Assembly: GCF_964355755.1 (NCBI RefSeq)
Contig: NC_092680.1
Location: 18,857,045 to 18,921,044, forward strand
Reading direction: 5' to 3'
Source: Antedon mediterranea
Lineage: Eukaryota; Animalia; Echinodermata
Length of the DNA stretch: 64,000 bases
This document shows positions 1 to 12,798 of the stretch, piece by piece. Within the stretch, counting starts at the first letter, position 1; each line of letters begins with the position of its first letter. The notes under the pieces are model-generated. The model searched no databases. It worked only from the letters and a program-made list of their open reading frames with translations, and was not told the origin of the DNA. A program made the position numbers and the translations under genes.

Positions 1-188
1 TATCATAACTCATCATGAGGGCCCCTTGATTGTCAGCATATGCTTTATAAGGTCACCCTTTATACGCTGTTTAGGGTCACCCTTTATAAATAAGTTAAAT
101 AAATAAAAAGCATAATCAAATGAATACCTAATACCACAAAAGAAATAGCAAATAAATAATAAAATAAGTAAACATAAACATTACTTAC

Positions 189-1968
189 AATTCCTCTAAA
201 TTATAGTTCTGTTTTAGACAATCTATACTTGTTAACTCCCCTACAAAATTAATGGTCAAATCCAATTTCTTTAACGACTCACAACCTGTTGACATGAAAC
301 AAATATAACCTCATTGTCGTTAATGAAACCACTTTTAATAATTTAGTTTCTTCATCATTGTACTGTATAGGTTTACATTCTGTTCACTTCTTTGTATTTA
401 TAAATTAGATCACAGAGTTTAATATCAAAATATAGTACTGTAGTTTGTAAAAAAACTTATAACAATGTATTGTCAGTATTTTTCCTTTATCTAATTACCT
501 TCAAGATTCTCTATTCTTTCAATGTTATTTAAAGCAAGATTTAGGTATTCCAATTGCTTTAATCGTTTCACATTCTCTAAAATAAAAAAAAAATAAAAAT
601 ACCAGTGAGTATTACAATACTATACATGTAACAGTAATTAGCAATATAATTAGAGATACAGAAACTTTTGACATATAAAGACATGTTATAGATATTGAGA
701 ATTGATTAAATAAAATGAATGTGAATCTTTTGGGAGTTTTATCCTTATTTGATCATTTTAAGCTCTGTCTACACTATCTAACTTTATGTGATGTGTCCAT
801 ATATGGACAAGATGATGTCATATCACTACCTTTTTTGGGAATATAACTACCATATTTGGGCACATGCCACTTTTTTTTATCAAACTAGTTTGATAGTGTA
901 GACAGAGATTTAGGTGGAATTTTAAATAACGATGATACTAAAAATTAGTAATAATACAAATTTAGGTTGTAATAACCCAGCTGTTGCAAGTCTTGGAACT
1001 AGGATAAAAACATTAAACAAATTATTATTACCTATTTTTGGGATCAGGTTACTTTGTAGGTAAACAATCTTCAGGTTCCTACAAACTTTATCAAGCAATT
1101 CAATCCTAAAAAAAAAATAAAAATACCAAAAAATCAACTAGTAATTTTTCTAAAATAAGATAATATGTCAGGATAAATTGAAGCTCTGTCTACACTATCA
1201 AACTAGTTTGACAAAAATGTGATGTGCCCAAATATGGTAGTCACTAGTGATATGACATCATCATGTCCATATATGGACATTATATACATTTTTTGTCACA
1301 TAAAGTTTGATAGTGTAGACAGGGCTTTAAGACGGAAATGTATATCATAAGAAAGGAAGGAGAAAGCTTCATTGGAAGAAATTTAATATTAATTATTAAT
1401 TGTCCTTAAACACTAGGAAATAAGGAAATTCTGATAGGCCTTTTACGGACCTACCTATGGCAGCAGCAGAGTAGTGCCTACAGATGCCCATCACTTACTC
1501 TTATAAATTTGAAATGTTATGCACCCTGTCTTACTTTTCAATGTCTTGTTGATGTAGGGAGATTTCTTCCAAAGTAGACAACTCCATATTATTGTGCTCT
1601 GCACGACGCCTCAACAGATCTTCAGTGACTATCATCCAAAAGACAAATAACAATTAATTCAGGTATACAATTTCATTACTTATTATAACATTGTCATCAT
1701 TCTTCAACCTTCACGTTGAGAGTATAGTAAATGGTATATTATATTGTTACAAAATTGATATGTATAAAAAATATAGCATTACAATATCACATTGCAAGAC
1801 CGTAGCCACCAGTATAGTTGGTAAGGTTTCAACCTAACCACTTTTTCACAGAGGTCTTTGAAAACCCTGTGGTTGCACAGGGAGGGGATTGTTGTCCTGC
1901 ATTATAATGGACTGGGAAGAGTTTATATTATAGTAGCTATGTAGATATGTTCACTTACTTTGTACCAT
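189..1968 (-). CDS. DNAAF11: Dynein axonemal assembly factor 11 (LRRC6/tilB homolog), 5' part; gene continues beyond window start
   Basis: GT-AG exons 1959-1968, 1535-1628, 1032-1105, 499-576, 189-285 splice in frame to [117 protein letters not shown], matching the known LRRC6 N-terminal LRR sequence. Confidence 0.95.
761..909. mobile_element. Harbinger/Tourist-like palindromic MITE family A (TIR AGCTCTGTCTACACTATCAAACT), representative copy
   Basis: Near-perfect terminal inverted repeats, TTA/TAA flanks. Other copies at ~1182-1326, 13822-13927, 18510-18691, 23310-23400, 27704-27785, 28083-28235, 31895-32022, 32335-32490, 43205-43345, 46793-46916, 57760-57905, 58280-58342. Confidence 0.85.
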
Positions 1969-2849
1969 AATGAACAATAACTAGTAGTCAGTCTCTGTAA
2001 GATTTCTGTTCAGAATAAAAATTAGTATTAATATTGAGTTGAGAATAATATGGTAGATTTATCAATCGTAAAAGACACATTGTATTAGAGGAGCTCAAAA
2101 CAATAATTTTTACAGTATGATCTTCATGAAAATGTGACTTGTTCAATTATGCAATTTTTTATTAAATTTTTTTTATTGCATGGTTCGTGTGTTCATCTAT
2201 CTATTATGTAAGGCCTAGGAAACCTCCTCCTTCTTAGCCTACAGTAGCTATGTTATACACTAATTTAGGCCGGGTCAGGAAAGCTGGCTGTTGCCTTATA
2301 TTTTCCCTGTTTAGTTTAGATGGGTAAGTTTAGGCGTCCCTCCTGGGAATTACTGTCCCTGGCCGGGGCTGGGTAGTAGTAGGCTACTACTAGGCTAGGG
2401 GCCTACTTTAAAAGTAGGCCTAGGCCCCTCTAGACTACTAGTAGTAGCCTATAGGTCTTTGTCTTTGAAAGGTTTAGGCCAGTTAGTAACCTCTACCTAC
2501 CTACCTACCTATCCACTACTACTACTAGGCCTAGTCTCCCTATCTAGACTATACTAGGCCTAAGCTTAATAGTAATATTAAGCCCATATTATAGATCTTA
2601 GAGCCTACTAGGAGGCCTAGCCTCCTAGCCTAGTAGCTAGATAGAGAGGCCTAACTAAAAAAGGTTTAGCCTAGCCTAGAGGCCTAGGCCTAGTTAATTG
2701 TGCCTCATTTTCCTCAATTGATTAACTAACTAGGCTAATATTCATAATAAAATGCTTCATTAATATGAATTATATTGTATAAAAAACTAACTAATAAGTA
2801 TAAAAATAGACACGATATGAAGATTCCTTTTTCACAAAACATAAATAGT

Positions 2850-3176
2850 TTTGGTTACGCTCGAGTTCTATTTGAACGGCAATTGTAGATATCAAAATGC
2901 ACAACAACATATCCATGAATTTCCAGATCCCCGGATAAATAGATAGCATCACTGTGGAAACCACAAAGCTTATACAAATTTTATTTTCAAATTATTTCAA
3001 AACAATACTTTGTAATAATCACCTTTCTGTTTATTTAGTAAATACCCTAGTATGTAATATAATAATTTGTTTAACAAAAGTTTTATTTTTAATATATATT
3101 ATGATACAATTATCAAACACAAATATAAACTATTGTGCAGATAAGCAGACGGAATTTGACGTCTGCTACCGTCAAA
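2850..3176. promoter_or_regulatory. Probable bidirectional promoter between DNAAF11 and DUF389 gene
   Basis: Head-to-head ATGs 1.2 kb apart; YY1-like CAAAATGGC over the DUF389 start codon; TAGGCCTA-rich tracts on both sides. Confidence 0.5.
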
Positions 3177-6100
3177 ATGGCTGCTCATATGTTTATTATA
3201 AAGTTTCCCGTTGAAAACAATGGTAAACAGAAGGATAACAAAGATAAAACACAAAATGGACAAGCAGAAAAAACGGATGAAAAAAGTTTTGTTGCTCATG
3301 ATAATGTAACACAGGTAGGAAGATATCAGAAAACCCTTTCCCCCAATGTTTTAGTTAGGCCAAGAAAGTAGGCCTGAGTGAGTAGACTAGAGTTGTAGTT
3401 GTAGTTAGGCGGCGGCAGGCCCAACCTCTCGGCCTAGCTAATTAGCTAAAGGAAAAGATCACCAACTTGGTTTTGAGTGCATAGGCCTACTCTAGTCAAT
3501 ACACATAATATGAATATTTGCCTAAAATTATGATTAAATAATGTCTACCATTTCAAATTACGTGGGCAAAGTTAAGTATTTTTTCAATAAATATTTATGA
3601 AACCTCTTTATTATTAATAATACTAAATAATATTTAAATAATATTTATAATTTAATAGTATTTTTCACAAATTTACACATTTTTAGCTCAGCCAACTCAC
3701 TGATGGAAAATGTAATGATGTTTATTTGGCATGAGGCTATTGGCACAGCCAACATGTGTGTCGTATTACTAAACCGTGCCGATAGTAAATAGTGAAACTT
3801 GACAGGACATTATACGGTTTTTGATGATACCAATAACAAATTATTTTCAATAAATAAAAAATAATACAGAATAGTTTTTCTTTTAGATTTTAAAAACTGT
3901 ACTGCCCTCTATAGGAATCAAAAAGCAAGTGACAACAATCTCTGAAAACAAACTTTGGGTACAAATGACATTTATCTGTAGCACTGCAGAACTTACGGAG
4001 AAAGCTTTGAATTCTCTATCAGAACAGGGTATTGGAAAAAACTTCCAGTCTTCTCTCAGGTACGGTACATTAAATTTATTTACTATTTATTTTCTTTAAA
4101 ATTTATTTATAATTTATAATACAGCCAACTCTCATCATCCTACATTGATAAAAACTTGCAGGTAAAAACCATGAACAAGTCAAAAGAAACAGTTTATTTT
4201 AACCAAAAACCATTGTGTGACAGACAATTTAAGTATTTTTTGCTTTAAATAACATTTTTTTCAGGTAAATATTTTTTGTTCGATCCAGTTTTTGGTTAAA
4301 GTGAATAACATAGTCTTTTATAGCGATATTTTTTTGCTTTTTGACAATCCGCCAGGATAGTGTTCTGCGCTTTTTCTCTGCTTGTTGTTGTTCTATGTAA
4401 TTTATGCTTTTTGTATTGTTTTTGTTTTATTTTTCTGGATAATAAATGAATATGAATATGAACATATCTTTAAAATACTATAATGTAATTTAAGCCTTAA
4501 TGATGTGTTTTTCTTTGTTTATTTAGTGTTATTCCAGTTCCAATTCATATTGCTGACAACAGTGTAACAGGGTCTCAGGAAGACCTTACACACAAAAAAG
4601 ATGAAACACAAAAAGATAAGAAAGTTAAAAACTTTGTCAAGTCAATTCGTTCCAGATTGATTGTGGCTCAGGTAAGTTTAAATATACAGTATAACAAATT
4701 TGTTAAGAATACTCAAATAGAGAAAAACCCCTAAAAATGACCTAGCAAAGTTTACACTATTCCAGTCTGATGGTTGCATAACAAATGGGGAGTGTGTGTT
4801 AACACATGTATGTTCACACTAACGTACGTTCACACTAATGTACGTTCACACTAATAAGTTAGTAGTTACCAGATCTGGAAGTATATTGTTTGAAGGTTTG
4901 CATGGCGAAATCAAATGTTAATATAAAATTTGCGGTACACCACATGTATTAGTTCTGAAAAGAACTGTTGAGTTTCTCGACGTTTCGATCAATATACTTT
5001 GATCGTCCTCACGAGAAACTCAACAGTTCTTTTCAGAACTAATACACGTGGTGTACCGCAAACTTTATATCAACAGATCTGGAAGATTAACAACAATTCC
5101 AGTTAAAACAAATAGACATAAATTTTCATTCTTACCTAGCGCTATTAGACTACACAACAATGAGTTCCAAAGATAGGTCATTAGGTCTTTTTGTATTTTA
5201 TATTGCGTGATCAGTTGTTAGTTCCATGTTGATCACAAATGTAAATATTGTGTGTATTGTTTTGTTTGTGTTTTTCTGCTAATTATACTATGTATGAATG
5301 ACTTAATAAATCAAATCTGAATCTGAATCTGAATGTACATGATCAATAGGCGTAACATATAGCCCACCAGACCAAATTCTGGTTGAACATCTTAATACAG
5401 TTGGTGTGTCCCCTGAATAAGCATATAGCATAGAATAGCATTAAAACATAAATAGCCTCTTGTTTGTTTCATGGGAATGTGTTTCGTAAATAGGTGTGTC
5501 CCCTGAATGACCATAGCATTAAAGCATTGTCTCATGTTCATTTCATAGGACTTTCCATGTGTCTTAATTTTGAATAATATATTTCTTTTGTTTTTAAGGT
5601 TGTGGAAGAAGTCAAAAGTTCATCAAATCTAACATTTGATTTTGTACTACTGATTATATTAGCAAGGTAAAATTATTAAAAAGAAATTAAAGTTTTTGTT
5701 TGTAACTGTATATATATCATGTATAAACATATAAATTAATTATAGAAACATTTCTCAATTTAGAAATGATTGTAGGAATTGAGTGTTTCAGTCAAACTGC
5801 ATTTTATTGTACATTACGTTTCCTCTTTGTTAGTTTGATATCTGCGATTGGTTTGTCAGAGAATAGTTCTGTGATTTTGGTTGCAAGTATGTTAATATCT
5901 CCATTAATGGTAAGCAATTGTTAATATTACTTTTACTATCTAAAATGTATACAAACATTAGAATTCAGTGTTTGCAAACTGTCTAGTTAAAAAAACAGGT
6001 TTATCAAAGCCTTAAATAAAATTATAGGGAGCACATTTATTATACCCATATCAACAAGATTTTCATTATTAAATTTATTACAGTTCAATTGAAAATGAAA

Positions 6101-9100
6101 TAGAGATATTTACCAAATATACTGAGGATGTCCACTACTTTGTGGATAACATGGGCACCGATGCATATGAACAGTCTGAAATGGTTTTACTAAACACCAC
6201 ATGCACATTATACATATTAATAGCACCACATGCACCAATAGGGACTTTATTTATTAAAATGATGTGACCTGAAAATTGGGGTAGAGAATGCATACTCAAT
6301 CAATCAATCAATCAGATTTATATAGCGCCGGTATCCATACAAATAATGTTCAAAGGCGCTTGACAAAGTTAAGCAGGAAATGCCTCTGTGTAAAAATGGG
6401 TTTTTAGTTGTGTTTTGAAAGTGTTTTCAGATGTCTTTATGTCGATATGACTCTCCCAACATTCCTGACACAACACCACACCTTGCAAGCACCCAATAGT
6501 TACTTATACCAGGGAGTACAACTCCCTGCTTATACGGGTATTTGTTTTATTACTTTTCTTAGGGGCCTATCATGGGAGGCACATTTGGTATTGTGATCAA
6601 ACACAATCCATTACGCAATAACGGAATTAAAACTGAAGTTGTTGGTTTACTCATGTGTGTTTTATGCGGTAGGTAAATTAACATAATTTGGTTATATTAA
6701 CATAATTTGGTTAAATTAACATAATTTAGTTAAATTAACATAATTTGTTTAAATTAACATAATTTGGTTAAATTAACATAATTTGGGTAAATTAACATAA
6801 TTTGGTTATATTAACATAATTTGGTTAAATTGACATAATTTGGTTAAATTAACATAATTTGGTTAAATTAACATAATTTGGTTAAATTAACATAATTTGG
6901 TTAAATTAGCACAATTTTGTTAAATCAACATAATTTGGTTACCTTTTGCAGTCTCATATTTTACAGATATTGGATAAAGGTTTAAAATCATTTGAATTTT
7001 ATGCAAACAATTTTACAATAAACAGGTTTGAAAATTAATTTTCAAAATCAAAATTGATTATTTTTTTAGGACTGTTATTTGGTTTTGTGGCTTATCCGGT
7101 GTTAGGTAAAGACGTATGGCCAACTTTTGAGATGACAAGCAGGTAAAACATTATCAATTTAATTATGCACTGTTGACATTGGGTCCATGGAGGACCTGCA
7201 CCTATTGCAAATTTCGAATATGCGGATGATTATAAATTACATTTACAGTACATTTACATTTATTTAGATAAAGAGAGATAGAGTCAAATAGTGGAGGGAA
7301 CGTTATCTTTCAATCAGAGATGACAATTTTAACTGTGGTTTTTTTTTCAGAGGTGAATCAAGGAGTCTTTTAATTGGTCTGTTTATAGCTTTACCATCTG
7401 GTGCTGGAGTGGCATTATCAATCTTAAGCAATAACACTGGCTCTCTGATTGGGGTTGCCATATCTGCCTCCTTACTGCCACCTGCTGTAAATGCAGTAAG
7501 TTACCCTCACATTGATGTTTTAATAAAATAAACTATAGGGAAGTTTCGCAAGGCTACGAATATGAAAACGAAAATGCATAAATCATACGAACGTATTCCT
7601 TTTTGTAAGCAAGTAAATATCTGTTTTGCATGGCAATGAAATATTGAGGACGCTGCCCAAAATATGACTGTGGTAAATTTTAACGAAGTGCAGGTACTTG
7701 TTGCTTACCTGCCTAGGCCTAGCTTAACATCACTACTGTAGGTAAAAAGAAACACAAATATTGTGTAGTGTGACTATATTTTTTTATTATTAGGGAATGT
7801 TGTGGGCAACATCTATAATCAAAGCATGTCAATCTGCAATGGATGATGCATTGGTCAACACTACGGACGATGTATTTGCAATGAACGATGCATCAGACCT
7901 GGCAGTGGCTGGTACACTCAGTTTAACACTTACACTTCTAAATATTGTATGTGTTTTTCTGATGGCCGTTTTAGTTATGAAGGTACTGTACATTTATCTG
8001 CAATTCTTTGATACGTTTACATGATAAAATAAGTTCATACCAAGTCCCAGTTTTTTGTTCTCATTTACTTAACCTAATGTAATTGATTCATATTTTAATA
8101 CCATATATCCTCGGGTATAATCCTTAGAACACTTAATTAGGTGAACTTTGGGATGTGGGGGATTATACCCGGGAAACCTTGGTTCAGAATGATTGGTAAG
8201 CATTTCTTGTAAAAACTCATATGAACTGGCTAGAGAGAGGCCCGGAAATATGCCTGTTTGTGAAGTCAGTAGGGAGTGGAATTAAACCCAAAGTGGGATT
8301 ATACCCAAGGATATACGGTAGTAGATTTTGTTTCATTTAATAATGAATAATTACTCTGCTTAAAACTCAATATGCCTATGACTGCTCTATTTCAAATATA
8401 TATATATATATATAACGTATAATGCAGTCAATGTTACAACTCCTGAAATATTCTCACCATTCATTATTTGTATAACATTTGTGTTTTTAAATATTTTTTT
8501 ACAATCAAGATTAAAGAAGTGGCCCCTAAAACCAGTACCGCTGCCACACTTCAGTTTTGGAAGAATGACATTAAGGTAAGCTTATTTTGTTTGTTTTTTT
8601 TATTTAAATACTTTGTGTTGCAATGTTATACTGCCTAGTGGAAGAACTCCTTTCTGGTGAACGAGTTTTTTCCATTGCGAAAATAAATATTTTTCACATA
8701 ATCCTTGTATTTCTGTCTTGCTGCTGGAATTTTGATATTGATTTTACTATATAAGACTTGTTATTATTTAATAAATTTAGAATTAATTCAATTCAATAAA
8801 ACTTTATTATCCCAAACTCTGGGGAAATTTATTTGTGGTAGTACAAAGATTCATAAAACATTTTAAAAAGTACACAAAGAGGCAAGCAAAAGCACAACAA
8901 TAGTATAAATCTAAAATAAATAAATGAGTGTTTAATGATCGTTGGAAACTTTAACCTAGAATTTAGCAATGAAATGTAAGAAGAATATATAAATATTTTG
9001 TTTATTTTTCCTTAAAGGTTGCCAGGGAGTACTATGATGTCATTGGTGGAAATGCAGAGCGACAAAACATTGGAAAGAAGTTATTCCAAGATTTTCAAGA

Positions 9101-10413
9101 AGTAAAAAAACTCTTTAAATATTGTTTTCAAGAAAAAAGTATATTAACAAAGTTAACTTGTAATTTTAATCTCCAAAGATGTTTTTGTTTTTATCCCCCA
9201 GATTTTATGAAATGTTGTGACTCGCTCCCTCCCCCCCCCCTCCAAAAAAAAACTTGTAACAATTTGTTATTATTTACAAAATACTGACAACTTGTAACAA
9301 GTTGATAATTTGTGAAATTTCATTCCATTCATTTCACTATGTATTCGGTCCTTTTCAGTATTAGTACTTAACAAAAAAAAACCAGGGCCAACCTAAAGTA
9401 AACTAAATCACTGTAGCTGAGCCGTTTGACCTCAATTCAGTTTATGCCTTAAAACACCACAACATAAAAAAAAAGAAAAATGGGGAACAAAAATAATTGT
9501 GATATGTTGTGTGAGACAAGTTAATGTTGAGGTATACTGCATGATACGTTTATATTTTGTATTTATTTTGAACCTTTTTTTATTCACAGACTATGCAAAA
9601 AATAGACAAGGCTGAAGGATCCGCAATTGACACCCTAAAAGGTCCAAAAGCAGCCAGTATTGCAAGAGATTTTAAGGTGTTGCTTGGTGAACTAGAGAGG
9701 GAGCCACCTTATCAGGATTTTGTACAGAAGCTTCAGGATCCGCAGTTGGTATGTTTCTTTTTCTTAAGCTGTTCAATATATTTATGTTCTACTCCTTTTC
9801 TGTTAAAGTAGTTTAAAGTTTAAAATAAAAATAAAGCTGGAAGGTGATCTACTTCCACCTATATCAAGAGCATTTTTTTGCTGGAGTGTAACCAATGGTC
9901 CTTGAATGGATGTTCTGCTGTGCGTAATACACAGTATTGTTTTAATTTCTTGATCAATCAGGAAATTGTTAGTAGGATGTAGTTAATTTTTTTGTACATT
10001 TTTGGGGAGAAAATTGATCAAGCTTATTTCAGTGTGTTTCTTTTTCATCTCTTTATTCACTTTATCATGTATTTGAAGAATAAAGAATTTGTTTATTTGT
10101 TTTGAAACAAATTAATTAATCATCAATGACTGAAAATTCTTTTCTCTTTATCTTAAAGAATGTATCCAGTCAGATTCCAATAGCACCAAGCACACCAGAA
10201 TGGATAGGAAACATAGACTGGAAGTCAAAGCAAACCCCAGCAGGATCACAACCAGTGCCGAAGCGCAATGGAGCACTTCACCGACTTATTTCACAAGAAA
10301 CATTTATGTCTCCTTTTAATCAACCAATTAACACAGATGAACCAGTGAATGATGGCTTAAAAGGGTCATATTCAAAAATTGCAATTGACGAACCCAAAGA
10401 TGAACCAGTGTGA
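3177..10413 (+). CDS. DUF389 (MJ1221-like) multi-pass membrane protein, 13 coding exons
   Basis: Exons 3177-3314, 3887-4059, 4527-4671, 5599-5666, 5834-5909, 6563-6668, 7070-7142, 7351-7495, 7794-7982, 8510-8575, 9018-9101, 9590-9748, 10159-10413; all GT-AG and phase compatible. Contains ILVASMLISPLMGPIMG and LIGVAISASLLPPAVNAG, the DUF389 signature motifs. Confidence 0.9.
4870..5085 (-). mobile_element. Penelope-like inverted-repeat relic containing a degenerate minimal hammerhead ribozyme
   Basis: ~63-bp arms (4916-4978 / 5013-5075) enclose minus-strand GTGAGGA-CGATCAA-agtata-TTGATCG-AAAC-GTC; 12-bp direct repeat CAGATCTGGAAG at 4870 and 5074. Confidence 0.65.
6296..6530 (-). mobile_element. 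L2-type LINE 3' end fragment
   Basis: (ATTG)n tail and AAGCGCCTTTGA...GGCGCTATATAAAT terminal stem typical of L2 3' ends. Confidence 0.6.
6671..6940. repeat. 19-bp minisatellite (GGTTAAATTAACATAATTT) x ~14
   Basis: Direct tandem copies beginning immediately after the DUF389 exon 6 donor. Confidence 0.95.
8101..8318. mobile_element. Tc1/mariner-type MITE
   Basis: TA flanks; TIRs CCATATATCCTCGGGTATAATCC / GGATTATACCCAAGGATATACGG. Confidence 0.75.
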
Positions 10414-10794
10414 GGTCATAGGTAATTAATGGTTGTCTAGCTATACCACTCTCATAGGAAGACCAGTAAAACTACCACTGCTTTCATAACAGTTAAAACA
10501 TACTTAGAGGTTGGTAAATGGTGCAATACACAGATTGAACATATATGTTTTAACCTTATATTATTTCAATAGTATGGTAATCCCAGGTTTTAATATTTTC
10601 TTTAATGTATTCTCTATGAACAGTACTAACCATGGAGGTTTTTAGATGATTTTGGTAATAAATTTATGTGAATAGTAAGCTAATAAAACTACAATAGAAA
10701 CTGCATTAATAGAGGTGTTCTACAGTAGAATCTAGCTGTTACCCAAAGGTGTGTATAATTATAAGGGTATATGTAATAAAGTAGGGTGGGTGGG

Positions 10795-11120
10795 TGGGTG
10801 AGTGGCCGAGCAGTTAAGACAGTGGAACCGTAATCATGTAGCCATAACATCGGCAGGGGTTCGAGGCTCACTCACTCCATGGTTCTGGTGGTAGAACGAG
10901 TCTTCTCGGATAAGGACTATAAACCGTAGGTCCAGTGTACACATCTAGCTCGTGTGCACTTTAAAGAACCTAGTACATCTTTCGAGACGAGTAGGGGGTT
11001 ACCCCGGTGTATTAGTACATCACAGCCACTGATCACCAACTGGGCCCTCTGGGAGATCAGTCTTTGACTGAAGAGGTCACCCAGTATAAAGATAAAAAAA
11101 ACAACAAAAAAAACAAACAA
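10795..11120 (+). mobile_element. tRNA-derived SINE with Deu/Nin-like central domain
   Basis: A box TGGCCGAGCAG, B box GGTTCGAGGC, central AAACCGTAGGTCC...GTGCACTTTAAAGAACC...TTCG...GAGTAGGGG...CCCGGTG, A/CAAA-rich tail. Confidence 0.85.
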
Positions 11121-11762
11121 TAATAATTTGCTGTACGTTCTGGCAGGACTGCCTGTTTATGGATGTAGTCTGTAATAATGGTGATGGTTTAATAAGATTC
11201 TTATGCATCAAGTCTGAATAGCTTATAGTGATGCCCGATTCAATCAATCAATATATAACTTTTGCTTATAACCATGTTCAACTGTAGGCCGCTGCCAATA
11301 CAGTAATCTTCCTAAACACTGCTACTTTTAATACTTACAATATTATATGTTTTCATCTTTTCCATTGATTGTAAACCTCTAATTAAACTTTTCAGTATTT
11401 TATTATTCAACTTCTGTTTCCAATAATAGTCAATATAAACAATTAATTTTTATTATTATCATTACTGTAAATAATCATTGTATATATTTTATAATTAATA
11501 TTTATATTGGTCTTGTTTTTTGTAAAAATCTACTGTAATATTATACCTTATTGTAGTTACCATTATAACAAATGTACGATTGATTGAATAAAGTTCACAT
11601 ATATATAAAAATCTACATCATGTGGTAAGGTAGTTTTAGGCAGTAACTAGGTAGCGATGAACAAGGTCATATGTCTACTATGAGGCACCTTAAGGGCCTT
11701 ACAGAATAATATCTATTTTCACAAGAGGTATATATTTACAGTGTTAACCAATCAAATTTGAA

Positions 11763-12160
11763 AGCCCCAGTGGTCTAATGGTTAGGACATCTGCATATCA
11801 TCAAGCAGAAGGTTCTGGGTTTGATCTCGGTTTGGGTGGCTTTTCTCATTCTCACAGATCTTTATTGTTTTGAATGAAAAAAAAAATGTCAAGTACTATA
11901 TCACAAGGTGGTTTAGAATTAATGTTCTGTGCATGTGATGTTTATAATAAGGATAGATATTTACTGTATTTATCATATGTATAAATGGTTGCTACTAATA
12001 CTATGGTAATCTGCATATCATCAAGCAGAATGTTCTGGGTTCGATCTTGGTTGGAGCAGGTTTTTCTCATTCACAGACCTTTATTGTTTTAAATTAATTT
12101 CCAGTACTATATCACCGAACAGTTTATAATTAATGTTCTGTGCATGTTTATAATAAGTGC
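11763..12160 (+). mobile_element. Degenerate tRNA-derived SINE, locally duplicated
   Basis: GCCCCAGTGGTCTAATGGTTAGG A-box head and GGTT(T/C)GATCT B-box; segment ~11788-11950 repeated at ~12009-12160. Confidence 0.6.
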
Positions 12161-12469
12161 ATATACTGTATAATTACTTTATTCATCATGAAATGGTAAC
12201 TTGATTTAATTAATTTGTAGTACTAATTATACCTTATAAAATGTATTTTCTCTGTGTGTTGTAGAAATGTACTGTACATATTCCATTCACATTAAATGTA
12301 CGTTAGTGCCTTAATAATATTTAAAATATTAGTTGCAGATAAGAAACAAATTACATTTCATAAATTGTTCATTTTTTTGTATTGGAGTATATTTAAATAA
12401 ATGATATTGGCTAAATTTTAAATGATTTTGTCTGATCTTGGATATAATGGATTAAAATTAACAAGTATT

Positions 12470-12550
12470 AAAGTCCGCCCTCAATTAAAACTTGTCACGC
12501 CTCAACGCACTTGCTCAACCATGGCGACATGACGCTCTACTTTCCGCTTA
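12470..12550 (+). promoter_or_regulatory. Probable ANKRD66 core promoter
   Basis: Local CpG-containing patch with GC box (GTCCGCCC), X-box-like half site (CCATGGCGAC) and ETS-like ACTTTCCG ~260-320 nt upstream of the ATG. Confidence 0.4.
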
Positions 12551-12798
12551 GGCCTAACCTAGTAGACAAACGGGTTTTAAACTACTAGGAGCCTATTATT
12601 TCAATAAAATACTGTTTTTGTATTTGGAAGATTATGTAGGTCAGGCATGTAAATTCTACAAAAATGCTAGTTAAATCCTAGGGCGGCCTACCTTAACCTT
12701 ACGAAAACACTAACACTTATTCTTAATAAATAGCCTAGCCTAGAAAATACTGGCTAGGAAGAGACCTGCTGCTGCCTGGGCCTACTACCAATACAACA

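Noticed and set aside
11763-11840. Possible tRNA gene
   Set aside because: Broken anticodon and acceptor stems, degenerate B box and duplicated downstream body indicate a SINE head; the same applies to 18398-18478 and 10795-10875
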